Source of the DNA: Candidatus Eiseniibacteriota bacterium | GTDB lineage: Bacteria; Eisenbacteria; RBG-16-71-46 | Length of the DNA: 64,000 nucleotides | Reading direction: 5' to 3' | NCBI GenBank assembly: GCA_963717505.1 | Contig: OY970342.1 | Location: forward strand, 672,001-736,000 | In this document: positions 1 to 9,466 of the stretch, in pieces | Numbering within the stretch: position 1 is the first letter of the stretch | How the letters are laid out: every line of letters starts with the position of its first letter | Notes under the pieces: model-generated | Seen by the model: the letters and a program-made list of their open reading frames with translations, nothing else | Told to the model about the DNA's origin: nothing | The model's database searches: none | Position numbers and translations under genes: made by a program

Positions 1-614
1 GCGCCGGCGATGCCCATCGCCGGGATCGGACCCCAGCCGTAGATCAGCAACGGGTCGAGCACGGCGTTGAGCGACACAGCGAACAGATCCACGAGCAATG
101 GCGTTCGCGTGTCCCCCGCGGCGCGCATGATCGTCTCGCAGGTGAACGAGGCCATGAGGATCGGCGAGCCGGCGAGCACGATCGACAGGTACTGGCCACC
201 GAGTTCGACGACCTGAGCGTCGCCGCCGAGCCACCCGTAGATCGGACGCGCGAAGAACAGGCCGGCGACCGTGCCGATCAGTCCCATGAGTACTGCGACC
301 CGCAGTCCCAGCCAGGCTGCGAGCCCCGCGCGCCGGCGATCGCCGGCGCCGAGCAACTGGCTCACATAGGCCGAGACGCCGAGCCCGAAAACGTCGTGGA
401 GCGAGATGACCAGCCACATCACGAACACCGACGTGGTCACGGCGGCGGTGGCTTCGACCCCGAGCCCGCGCACCCACAGCGCGTCGACCCACTGGTAGGC
501 GGTGCGCAGCAGGAACGAGAAGAAGATCGGGATCGCGAGGCGCAGGAGTTCTGGGCCGATCGGCCCGGTGACGCCGCGGGGCGGATCGGCAGTTCGCGGT
601 GTGGCGTCGGTCAA
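1..614 (-). CDS. MATE family efflux transporter/flippase (5' part; runs off window edge)
   Basis: Manual translation from TTG at 614 (TTGA overlap with the upstream stop) gives ...GPIGPELLRLAIPIFFSFLLRTAYQWVDALWVRGLGVEATAAV... and later MRAAGDTRTPLLV, both typical MATE motifs. Not in the ORF track because it is truncated. Confidence 0.85.
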   Translation of the reverse strand, partial: MTDATPRTADPPRGVTGPIGPELLRLAIPIFFSFLLRTAYQWVDALWVRGLGVEATAAVTTSVFVMWLVISLHDVFGLGVSAYVSQLLGAGDRRRAGLAAWLGLRVAVLMGLIGTVAGLFFARPIYGWLGGDAQVVELGGQYLSIVLAGSPILMASFTCETIMRAAGDTRTPLLVDLFAVSLNAVLDPLLIYGWGPIPAMGIAG

Positions 615-1240
615 CGCTTGAATCCGGGCTCGTCCGACGGCGTCGGCAGCGCCGGCCAGGGCGGCCGATCCATGGCTCCGCCCTCGATGCCCCACGGCTC
701 GCGATCCGAAGGCAGGGGTTCCATCAGGGACTCGGGCGGCTCCGGAGGCTCGATCCCGCGCTCGACCAGACTCAAGTGGAGCCGCGAGATCACGCGCTCG
801 AGATCGAGAACGCGTCCGGTCAGCTCGTGGATGCGCAACGCGAACGAGCGCACCATGGCCGCGGCGAACTCGGGGTGCTCCTGCACGGCGTCCCACACGT
901 CCCCTTGCAGCACGTTGAGCACGTGGGAATGCTCGACCGCGATGAGGGAATACTGGTGAGGCTCACCTTCGCGCAGCCAGAGTTCGCCGAACGCCATCCC
1001 GGCGCGCATGACCCGAACCACCGCCTTGCCGCGTCGCACCTGGATCAATCCATCGACCACCAGGAACGCACCGCGGTCGAGGTCGCCCTCTCGCGCCAGT
1101 TCGTCACCGATTTCACAGTGGATTTCGCGCGCGCGCGCGGCGAGGCCCGCCAGGGCTTCGGTCGGGATGTTCGAGAAGACCGGAATGCTCTTCATGAACG
1201 CGGTCTTTTCGATCAGGGTCAGAGTTTCTTCGGAGATCAG
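611..1240 (-). CDS. Cyclic nucleotide-binding domain protein (no HTH)
   Basis: LTLIEKTAFMKSIPVFS...REGD...FLVVDG.IQV...GMAFGE is a CAP/cNMP beta-roll. Start is uncertain (CTG 1240, ATC 1237, GTG 1270 or ATG 1195); GGAGG at 1248-1244. Confidence 0.8.
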   Translation of the reverse strand: MISEETLTLIEKTAFMKSIPVFSNIPTEALAGLAARAREIHCEIGDELAREGDLDRGAFLVVDGLIQVRRGKAVVRVMRAGMAFGELWLREGEPHQYSLIAVEHSHVLNVLQGDVWDAVQEHPEFAAAMVRSFALRIHELTGRVLDLERVISRLHLSLVERGIEPPEPPESLMEPLPSDREPWGIEGGAMDRPPWPALPTPSDEPGFKR

Positions 1241-3954
1241 GCACCTCCCGCGAGCGCGGCGCGCGCCCACAGCGCGGTCTCGCGCACGTAGGGTTCGCGC
1301 GCGCCGAGGTTGCGATCGACCTGTGCAGCCAGCTCGCGATCGCGCTGCGATCCGGCGACGTACAGCGCGCAGGTCCGGAGCCAGGGGTCGTCGCCTTCGA
1401 TCAGCGCCGCGAGCGAATCGCGCGGGCTCAGGAAGTGGAAGCCGTGCCGGTGGGCCGCCAGGCGCATCCGGGCATCGTCACCTGATTCGTCGACCAGCGG
1501 CAACACCAGCGCGGCATGGTCGGGCGCGATCGCGTTTTCGACATATTCGAGAGCATGGCCCCGGGCGCGCGGATCCAGGCTGATGACGCCGCGATAGGTG
1601 GCCAGGATTTCGTCCTGGCGGTAGAGCAGCCCGAGTCGCCGGAAGACACGGTTGATCGCCTGGTCCATCCGTTCGTTTAGAACAATGCAGAGCAGCCTTT
1701 CGGCGCTCCGACTCCCACCGATCGGACAGCTGCGATAGTTCACCAATGCGAACAGGTAGCTGCGCGCATCCCACGCCATGTCTTCGGTGACCTGATCGCG
1801 CGGGAAGCGGACCGCCCGGTTGCCCTCGCGGATCCGATTCAGGCCCTTGAGCACGCGATAGCCGAGCCGAACGTCGCCGCGCTCCCGAAAGCGCAAGAGC
1901 GCCTGGGCGGCCTGTTCGCTGCCGATGTCGGCGAGCACCCGCGGCAAGGCGCGCCGGATCTCGAGATCGACGCTCGCGTCCGTGAGGTAGTCGCCGAGGG
2001 TTCCCGCGATGCGATCACCGAACGCGGCCAGCCCGGCGCGCGCCGCTTCGCGCGTGCTGCCGTCGGCGAGCATCTCGATCATGCGGGGCACCAGGACTCG
2101 GCGTCCGTGGCGGCCCGCGCTGCGCAATGCTTCCCGGCGAACCTTCGGCGACGGATCACCGACCAGCGCGCTCTCGAGGTCGTCGAAGCCGTCGTCCGAC
2201 GCCCGGTGTCCGATCGCCTTGGCGATCGAGGCCCGCTCCTCGACGTCCCCCTCATGGAGCCTGCGCTCGACGATCGACCGCACCAGCGCCACCTCGACCG
2301 GACCCGCGACCTCGATCATGCAGGCGAGCGCGCTCCGTCGGATTCGCGGATCCGGACTCTCGAGGTAGGGCCGGGCACTCTCGACCATCGAACCGCCCTG
2401 GAGCAGGCAATGAGTCCGCAGGGCGGCGATGCGAACCTCGGCGTCGTCGTCGGCGAGCAGACGCTCGACCGCCTCCCGCACCTCGGGAGGGGAATCTGAC
2501 CGCACGAACGCGAGCGCCCGGGCGCGCACCTCGGCGGCAGAATGAGCCAGGAGTTCCGGCATGTAGCGATCCAGCTCCTCCGGAGCATTGTCCGCCAGCA
2601 TTTCGATCCCATGCAGAACGACGCGCTCGTGGGGGCTCGCCAGCAGGCGACCCATCTCGTCGAGAATCTTGGCTTCGCGCAGCGATACCGTCGTAGCGTG
2701 TGGATCGAGGGTCATGCGGCGCAGATTGCGCCCCAGCTCACGGGCGTAGCCGCGCCGAACACCAACCCACGCCGTCACCCAGACGGCCACCAACACCACC
2801 ACCAGACCGGCGATGGTGCGCGTGTCGGTGCCCATCATGGCGCCGGAGACGATGATCAAGGCGCCGGCCAGAGCGTCGCCCAGACGCTGGAGCCCGACGT
2901 CGATTCGCGAGCGCACGGCGCGCCGGATCTCGGGAGCGAGCGGAAAGTAGAACAAGTCGGTCGCCGATCGGTTCAGGGAATTCCGCAACACCTGATCCCA
3001 CAATCGCGCGGTCACCGAGGTCACGAATCCCGGGAACGCCAGGATCGCAGCCGCGCCGAGACCCAGACCCGCCGGCAGGATCGCGGCCGACCACGTGGCT
3101 CCGATTCGGCCCAGGGACCAACGGGTGACGAACAGCTGCAGGATGAGTGCTGCGAGATTGGTGGCGGTGTGGAACAGGCCGAGGAATTCCGCGAGCGCAG
3201 TCGAGGTCACCAGCCGGCGTTGAATCTCGACCTTGAACTGGAATTCGACCAGGGTCGTGACCAGCACCGAACACAGAGCAGCGATCGCGAGCCAACGCAC
3301 GTAGGACAGCCGCAATGGATTCGGCGTCGGTCCGGTCAGCGGCGCGTCGACATGCTGGACTTCGGCGCGACGCGTGGCGATCCGCAAATGGAGCGCCCCG
3401 CCGGCGAGCAACAGGCCGGCCAGCGCGATCAGCGCCGGAATGCCCAGGGTGGCGGTCACCGGCACCGCCACCAGGCCGGCGACCAGTCCGCCCATGATTC
3501 CGCAGGCGCCGACGAACGCGAACGAGCGTTTGGCCTCGCGCGGGTGCGACAGCGCCTGGGCTGCGATCCAGAATTGCGACAGCAGGATCAGCCCGTAAAC
3601 GTTGACCCAGACGTAGAACACGACCAGCGGCCAAGTCGCTCCGAAACCCCCGACTAGGCTGAACGCGGCCAGCGAGCCAGCTGCGATCCACATGGCGATT
3701 TCGAGCGGCCGCCACGCGGTCAGCGAGCGGGTGCCGCGTTCGAAGGCGATCGCGACGAACGAGGTCACTACGCCGACGCCGAGATAGACGAAGGGCAATA
3801 CGGTGGCGGGCAGATTCGCCAGAAACAGCGCGTCGCGCGCGGTCTTGGCCAGGGTGTACGAGGCCAGGAGCGCGAATAGAAGACCCCCGAGGGTCAGGGC
3901 GCGGCGGGCTTCCTCGGGCTCGAGGCGAAGCAGTCGTGCGACGAGAGGGATCAT
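1237..3954 (-). CDS. Npt1/Npt2 (NTT, ATP/ADP translocase-like MFS) transporter fused to HEAT repeats
   Basis: About 12 TM segments in the N-terminal half with KTARDALFL, SQFW, REAKR.F and LRNSLNRS motifs. The C-terminal half has HEAT-like repeats (LLADDDAEVRIAAL, LVGDPSPKVRREAL). Confidence 0.85.
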   Translation of the reverse strand: MIPLVARLLRLEPEEARRALTLGGLLFALLASYTLAKTARDALFLANLPATVLPFVYLGVGVVTSFVAIAFERGTRSLTAWRPLEIAMWIAAGSLAAFSLVGGFGATWPLVVFYVWVNVYGLILLSQFWIAAQALSHPREAKRSFAFVGACGIMGGLVAGLVAVPVTATLGIPALIALAGLLLAGGALHLRIATRRAEVQHVDAPLTGPTPNPLRLSYVRWLAIAALCSVLVTTLVEFQFKVEIQRRLVTSTALAEFLGLFHTATNLAALILQLFVTRWSLGRIGATWSAAILPAGLGLGAAAILAFPGFVTSVTARLWDQVLRNSLNRSATDLFYFPLAPEIRRAVRSRIDVGLQRLGDALAGALIIVSGAMMGTDTRTIAGLVVVLVAVWVTAWVGVRRGYARELGRNLRRMTLDPHATTVSLREAKILDEMGRLLASPHERVVLHGIEMLADNAPEELDRYMPELLAHSAAEVRARALAFVRSDSPPEVREAVERLLADDDAEVRIAALRTHCLLQGGSMVESARPYLESPDPRIRRSALACMIEVAGPVEVALVRSIVERRLHEGDVEERASIAKAIGHRASDDGFDDLESALVGDPSPKVRREALRSAGRHGRRVLVPRMIEMLADGSTREAARAGLAAFGDRIAGTLGDYLTDASVDLEIRRALPRVLADIGSEQAAQALLRFRERGDVRLGYRVLKGLNRIREGNRAVRFPRDQVTEDMAWDARSYLFALVNYRSCPIGGSRSAERLLCIVLNERMDQAINRVFRRLGLLYRQDEILATYRGVISLDPRARGHALEYVENAIAPDHAALVLPLVDESGDDARMRLAAHRHGFHFLSPRDSLAALIEGDDPWLRTCALYVAGSQRDRELAAQVDRNLGAREPYVRETALWARAALAGGA

Positions 3955-4032
3955 CGTGACTCCGAGAGGTCCCGGAGCCTAGCACAGGCACGTTTGACCG
4001 GCCGGCGGAACGCATGAATAGTCCCGGGTCTC

Positions 4033-5433
4033 ATGCGCTCCCTCGCGCAGTGTCTCTTGGTGATGCTGGTTCTGTCGTGTGCGGTCGCGCGTCCCATCGC
4101 CGCCCAGCCGTCTGCCGACTCTGCGGCGGCCGCGGCCCGATCGTCGCTGGCGCCGACCAGCGCGCCTCCCTGGAATCCACCTGCGGCGGTTCCCCGCTGG
4201 GAACCCTGGGAAGCTGCACTCCAGTTCCCCGGTCGCGTCGTGTCGCTCCCTTTGAGCGGGCTCGGCTGGATGGGCGAGCAGACCCTGGGGTACCTCGAAG
4301 AGTCGCAGCTGGTCGGGAAGGCCCTCGGGTTCCTCGCGGTCACGCAGTTGTACGGCGCCTACGTCGCGCCCGCCTCCCTGGGCGATCGCACGGGCACCGG
4401 CCTCGAGCTGCGCTGGATTCCGCCCTTTCTCAAGGACCGCGTGCTCCTGGAGCTGAGCGGCAGCACACGCCAGTACAACCGCGAGCGCGTGGCCGTGAAT
4501 TGGGGGCCGCTGCGGGCGATCTACGGATCGGAATGGCGATCGCGCGACCTGTTCTACGGCACCGGGATCGACGCTTCGATCGACGGCAAGTCGGCCTACG
4601 CGCTGCGCACACAGTCGATTCGGGTGGCGCTGGTTCACCCACACCACATCGCCAACGATGCGCTTCGAGTCGCCGAGGTCGCGGCGGTCTATCCCAGTCT
4701 GCTGCCGCCGAAGCATCCGATCCGGACCCAGTTCGCGGTGTGGGCCGGACCCCGATATGAATTCATGACCGATGGCCGCGACGCCAAGCTCGAATCGTTC
4801 GAAGTGCTGCATCCGGCGGTGGCCGCCGGGACTCTGCGGCAGGCGGTCGAGCACTTCACCTGGGGCGGCCGCATGCTGTTCGACCGCCGCGTCGGCTCTC
4901 CGCATTGGACTCACGGCTGGAGGCTGCGGCTCGATGGCCAACGCTTCGACCGTTCGATCGAGGCACTCGCGCTCAAGAACAACAGCACGAATGCGAAGCC
5001 CTTCACCCAATTGTCGGCTCAGGCGGAGATCGGAACGTCATGGGGACGCGATCCGCGCACGGTGCGACTCTTGGCCCGGATCATGGATCAGACCCTCGAC
5101 GACGGCGGGGGAACGTACTTGTTCTCCGACCTGCCGTGGCTCGGGGGGAGCGATTACCTGCGGGGCTACGAAACCGGCCGCTTCCGCGACATCGACATGG
5201 TCGCCGGCCGGGCCTCGTACATCTTCCCGATCGGCAAGAGCCTCGAGTTCGACCTCCATGCCGATGTCGGCGGCGTCTTCCCCGAGATGGAGGCCGCCCG
5301 CATGGACCGTCTCGTGAACTCCTACGGCACGGTGCTGCGCGTCCGCGGGGACCGATCGCTGATCGGAAACGTCGGTTTCGAATGGAGTCGAGAACAGACC
5401 CGATTCCGCTTCGGATTTGGAGCCGAGCAATGA
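4033..5433 (+). CDS. Omp85 (BamA/TamA-like) outer membrane beta-barrel, no obvious POTRA domains
   Basis: Signal peptide, amphipathic beta-strands, loop-6 motif LGGSDYLRGYETGRFRD and terminal strand FRFGFG. Confidence 0.75.
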   Translation: MRSLAQCLLVMLVLSCAVARPIAAQPSADSAAAAARSSLAPTSAPPWNPPAAVPRWEPWEAALQFPGRVVSLPLSGLGWMGEQTLGYLEESQLVGKALGFLAVTQLYGAYVAPASLGDRTGTGLELRWIPPFLKDRVLLELSGSTRQYNRERVAVNWGPLRAIYGSEWRSRDLFYGTGIDASIDGKSAYALRTQSIRVALVHPHHIANDALRVAEVAAVYPSLLPPKHPIRTQFAVWAGPRYEFMTDGRDAKLESFEVLHPAVAAGTLRQAVEHFTWGGRMLFDRRVGSPHWTHGWRLRLDGQRFDRSIEALALKNNSTNAKPFTQLSAQAEIGTSWGRDPRTVRLLARIMDQTLDDGGGTYLFSDLPWLGGSDYLRGYETGRFRDIDMVAGRASYIFPIGKSLEFDLHADVGGVFPEMEAARMDRLVNSYGTVLRVRGDRSLIGNVGFEWSREQTRFRFGFGAEQ

Positions 5434-6800
5434 GGCGGCGCATCGCAGGCCTGGTGATCGCGGTGGGCGCGACCATGGTATTGGCGGCGCCCCAGGCTTC
5501 CGGCCAGACCGCCGACAGCACGCACGCCGCACCCCAACCACCCGCGCCGCACGGCATCTCGTACGGCTACGACGCGCTCGAACAGAGCGTCATCCGTCCG
5601 ATGGCGAGGTTCCTCGATCTCGGCTTGCTGGCTCGCCGGCTGGGGGCGGGTCGCCGCGAGGCGGCCAATGTCGACGAGAGCGACCAGGTGCGCCTGCCGA
5701 CCACCTGGTGGACGCCGAGGGTCGGACACCAGACGGTGAGCGTCGAGGACATGCTGCTCGGGCCGGGAGCGGGCACGGGACCGGCGCCCGGTCCGTGGAC
5801 TCTGGTGCGCGCCAAGACCGAGGGCGTCTCCAAAGGCTTCCAGATCAAGGATGCGAAGGGCGCGCGCTTTGCGATCAAGTTCGATCCGCCCCACCACCCG
5901 GAACTGGGGACCTCTGCCGACGTGGTTTGCGCTCGGCTCTACTGGGCTGCGGGCTACAACGTGCCCGACAACACGATCGCGTTCTTCCGGCGCGAGGACC
6001 TGAAGATCGCCGAAGGCGCCACGTACGAGGTCCTCGGAATCAAGCACACGATCGACGAAATGTTCCTCACGAAGTTGCTCCTGGACGTGCCGAAGATGCC
6101 CGACGGCAGCTATCGGGTGGTTGCGAGCCGATACCTCTCCGGTAAGCCGCTCAGCGAATGGCGCTACGACGGCCGGCGCAAGGACGACCCCGAAGATCTG
6201 ATCCCACACGAGCATCGTCGCGAGGTCCGCGGGCTGTGGCTGATCCACGCCTGGCTCAACAACACCGACGGCAGCGCCCGCAACACGCTCGACATGTGGG
6301 TCACCGAAGGCGGGCGCTCGTTCGTCCGCCACCACGTCATCGACTTCAGCGGCTGCCTCGGTTCGGCTTCGATCGCGGCGCAGTCGCCGAGCGGCGGACA
6401 CGAATACCTGCTCGACTACGGGGCTTCGGCGCGTGCATTGGCCACGCTCGGCTTGGTTCCGGCGGGGTGGGAACACGCCGAGGATTCCGGCATTCCAAGC
6501 GTCGGATTCATCGAGTCCGAGTACTTCGAGCCCGGCGGCTGGAAACCATTCCTGCCGAATCCCGCGTTCGACGTGGCCACCGACCGCGATGCGCGCTGGG
6601 GCGCCCGGATCGTTGCCGGATTCTCGGACGAGCACATTCGCGCCGCGGTCGAGATGGGCAGGTACTCCGACCCGCGTGCGGCCGAGTACCTGACCCGCAT
6701 CCTGATCGAGCGTCGCGACAAGATCGCCGCGCGTTGGCTGACACCCGAGGAGGCCGTGGCGGCCCGAGCGGCGTCGGCAGGCGGCAATGGCGCGCGCTGA
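5430..6800 (+). CDS. Secreted protein with predicted atypical (PI3K/HipA-like) kinase fold
   Basis: ATG 5430 overlaps the upstream TGA. Sec signal MRRRIAGLVIAVGATMVLAAPQASG. Motifs in kinase order: KTEGVS (G-loop), FAIKF (beta3 Lys), WLNNTDGSARN (DxxxxN catalytic loop), VIDFSG (DFG-like). Confidence 0.65.
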   Translation: MRRRIAGLVIAVGATMVLAAPQASGQTADSTHAAPQPPAPHGISYGYDALEQSVIRPMARFLDLGLLARRLGAGRREAANVDESDQVRLPTTWWTPRVGHQTVSVEDMLLGPGAGTGPAPGPWTLVRAKTEGVSKGFQIKDAKGARFAIKFDPPHHPELGTSADVVCARLYWAAGYNVPDNTIAFFRREDLKIAEGATYEVLGIKHTIDEMFLTKLLLDVPKMPDGSYRVVASRYLSGKPLSEWRYDGRRKDDPEDLIPHEHRREVRGLWLIHAWLNNTDGSARNTLDMWVTEGGRSFVRHHVIDFSGCLGSASIAAQSPSGGHEYLLDYGASARALATLGLVPAGWEHAEDSGIPSVGFIESEYFEPGGWKPFLPNPAFDVATDRDARWGARIVAGFSDEHIRAAVEMGRYSDPRAAEYLTRILIERRDKIAARWLTPEEAVAARAASAGGNGAR

Positions 6801-8031
6801 CCGCGCGCGCCGCGCCGCGCCGCTGATCGCCCTGTCTCTGCTGGCTCTCGGCTGCGCACCGGTCGGCGCCTACAAGGGCATCGTTCCGGTTCCCGGGGCG
6901 CCGCAGCCGACCGGCGGCCTGCCCGGCGGCCCGGACTCGACGGTGGTGCTGGTCTATGGCGACAGCCGCCCGGGGCAAATGGTGCTGTCCCGTTCCTATG
7001 GAGCTTCGGTGGTCCGCTCGTCGCTGCGCTCGCGCAACCCCGGAGAATGGGTGCGCGGGCTGATCCACGTGCCGATCGCATTCCTCCAGCTCGTGTTTCC
7101 GACCCTCGACGGCGTGCGCGACATCTGGTCCACGTTCGGCTCCAAGCGCTACACCGGCGGCAATCAATTGGGCGTGCTACGCGCAATCTCGGCCGAGGTC
7201 GACGCCGAACTGATCGTGCACACCGGCGACATCGTCGAAGACGGCCGGCGGGGCGGACAGTGGAACGACTTCGTGCGGCTGTACGCGCCGCTACGCGAGT
7301 CGGTGAACTTCATCGCCACCCCGGGGAATCACGAGCGGACCTGGCACCCGGAGGCTCAGAAGAACTGGGAACGGGTGATGGGCGCCAGCAGCGGACCGGG
7401 GCGATTGTGGCACGTCGTCGACATTGGGCGTGCGCGCTTCGTTCTACTGGATTCCAACCCACTCACCGACGTTCGCGACCGATACCCCTCCGATATCGAG
7501 GAGGCTTTGTCCGAGGCGGAGTTGGCGTGGGCGGATTCGGTGCTCGCCGCTCCCTTCGCCTACAAGTTCGTGGTGCTGCACCACCCGCTGGCGACCTCCG
7601 GTCACTACCTCGAGGATTGGACGATGGATGACGCGCGCGGCCGCGCGAGTCGGCGCGGTCGACTGATCGAGATGTGCCACCGCCACGGCGTCACCGCCGT
7701 GCTGGTCGGCCACGAGCACCTGTACGAGCGCACGTGGATCACCGATCGCGAGGGCCGGCGGGGTTTCTGGCACGTGACGACCGGGGGCGGCGGCTCGCCG
7801 CTCAATCGCGTCCCCGACGAACGGCGCCGCAAGGCGTTGGCGCAGACCCTGCCCGATGGCTCGCGCATCACGTTTCCCGCGGAGCCCGAAGCGGTGTATC
7901 ACTTCTGCCGCATGGTGGTGCCCGGTGGCGACGTCTCGGATTCGCCGCCGGTTCTGGTTCGGGTCTACCGGGTGGAAGGCAATCACACGACCAACATGAT
8001 CGATTCGTTCGACCTGGCCCGAACGCCATGA
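6787..8031 (+). CDS. Calcineurin-like metallophosphoesterase (purple acid phosphatase-like), lipoprotein
   Basis: Lipobox LALGC; metal-binding motifs YGDSR, HTGDIV, PGNHE, LHHP, GHEH. Confidence 0.85.
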   Translation: MARADRARRAAPLIALSLLALGCAPVGAYKGIVPVPGAPQPTGGLPGGPDSTVVLVYGDSRPGQMVLSRSYGASVVRSSLRSRNPGEWVRGLIHVPIAFLQLVFPTLDGVRDIWSTFGSKRYTGGNQLGVLRAISAEVDAELIVHTGDIVEDGRRGGQWNDFVRLYAPLRESVNFIATPGNHERTWHPEAQKNWERVMGASSGPGRLWHVVDIGRARFVLLDSNPLTDVRDRYPSDIEEALSEAELAWADSVLAAPFAYKFVVLHHPLATSGHYLEDWTMDDARGRASRRGRLIEMCHRHGVTAVLVGHEHLYERTWITDREGRRGFWHVTTGGGGSPLNRVPDERRRKALAQTLPDGSRITFPAEPEAVYHFCRMVVPGGDVSDSPPVLVRVYRVEGNHTTNMIDSFDLARTP

Positions 8032-8086
8032 CGATCGGCTGCCTAAGAACGCCGACCGCCCACGCCGCTCACCCCAGCCACCGCCC

Positions 8087-9466
8087 ATGACCGCCGACCG
8101 CCCGCCACCTGACGCCCCGGACACCCAACGCGGACCGCTCGAACGATTGCTGTCGGTGTTCGCCGAAGTCCGTCAGGGCGAAGGCGGCACGGCGCTCTTG
8201 CTCGCGCTCAACGTCTTCCTGCTCCTGATGTGCTACTACCTCATTCGCCCCGTGCGCGAAGCGCTGATTCTCCAGGTCCCGAGCGGTGCCGAGATCAAGA
8301 GCTACTTGTCCGCCGGGCAGGTCTTCCTGCTGTTGTTCCTGATTCCCGCCTACAGCGCCTTCGCGAATCGGGTCGATCGCATTCGCCTGATCACCGGCGT
8401 CACGCTGATCTTCATCGCGTGCCTGGTCGTTTTCTACGGCCTGGCCCAGCTCCAGCTCACCTACCTCGGGGTCGCGTTCTTTCTCTGGATCGGGATCTTC
8501 AACGTCATGATCACCGCCCAGTTCTGGGCGTACGCCAACGACGTGTACACCGAGGAGCAGGGGAAGCGCCTGTTCGCGATCGTCGCGTTCGGCGCCACCC
8601 TGGGAGCGGTGTTCGGCTCGGGAATCGCGGCCGCACTGATCCGTCCGTTTGGGTTGAATCAGCTGATGCTGGTATCGGCCGGAGTGCTCGGCGTCAGTCT
8701 GGCGCTGACGCGGATCATCGACGCGCGGCTGGGCGCGATCGCGGCAGCCACGCGCGCCACGCGTGCCACACAGGAACCCATGTCGAGCACCGGCGGCTTC
8801 CAGCTCGTACTCCGCGATCGCTACCTGCTCTACATCGGCTTGCTGGTGCTCGCGATCAATCTCGTGAACTCGAACGGCGAGTACATCCTGGGTAAGACCC
8901 TCTCGATGCTTGCCGATCGCAACATCGCGGCCGGCGTGCACGGCGCGCTCGACCCGGGCGAGTACAAGAGGCAGTTCATCGGTGGTTTCTACGCGACCTT
9001 CCTGGTCTGGGTCAGCGTGGTGACCGCACTGGTCCAGTTGTTCCTGGTGTCGCGGGTGATCAAGTGGTTCGGGGTTCGCGTCGCTTTGTTCGTGATGCCC
9101 CTGGTCGCCCTCGGGGGTTACGCCATGCTCGCGATCACTCCGATCCTGGGTCTGATCCGCACGGTCAAGGTCCTCGAGAACTCGCTCGACTACTCGCTGC
9201 AGAACACCGCGCGCCATGCCTTGTGGCTGCCGACCTCGCGCGACGCCAAATACAAGGCCAAGGCGGCGACCGACACCTTCTTCTGGCGCGCCGGCGACGT
9301 GCTGTCGGCGCTGATCGTGTTCATCGGGGCGCAAATCGGGCTACACCCGCAGTCGTTCGCGGCGATCAACGTCGTGCTGGTGCTGGGCTGGCTCGCGGTG
9401 TTGGTCGCGCTGGCCAGGCGTCACCGCGCGCTCGCCGAAGTGCGAGCCGCCGACGCCGCTCGCTAG
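8087..9466 (+). CDS. Npt1/Npt2 (NTT/AAA family) nucleotide transporter, stand-alone
   Basis: About 12 TM segments; YYLIRPVREALIL, QFWAYAND.Y..EQGKRLF, ENSLDYSLQNTAR, KYKAKAATDTFFWRAGD. Confidence 0.85.
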   Translation: MTADRPPPDAPDTQRGPLERLLSVFAEVRQGEGGTALLLALNVFLLLMCYYLIRPVREALILQVPSGAEIKSYLSAGQVFLLLFLIPAYSAFANRVDRIRLITGVTLIFIACLVVFYGLAQLQLTYLGVAFFLWIGIFNVMITAQFWAYANDVYTEEQGKRLFAIVAFGATLGAVFGSGIAAALIRPFGLNQLMLVSAGVLGVSLALTRIIDARLGAIAAATRATRATQEPMSSTGGFQLVLRDRYLLYIGLLVLAINLVNSNGEYILGKTLSMLADRNIAAGVHGALDPGEYKRQFIGGFYATFLVWVSVVTALVQLFLVSRVIKWFGVRVALFVMPLVALGGYAMLAITPILGLIRTVKVLENSLDYSLQNTARHALWLPTSRDAKYKAKAATDTFFWRAGDVLSALIVFIGAQIGLHPQSFAAINVVLVLGWLAVLVALARRHRALAEVRAADAAR

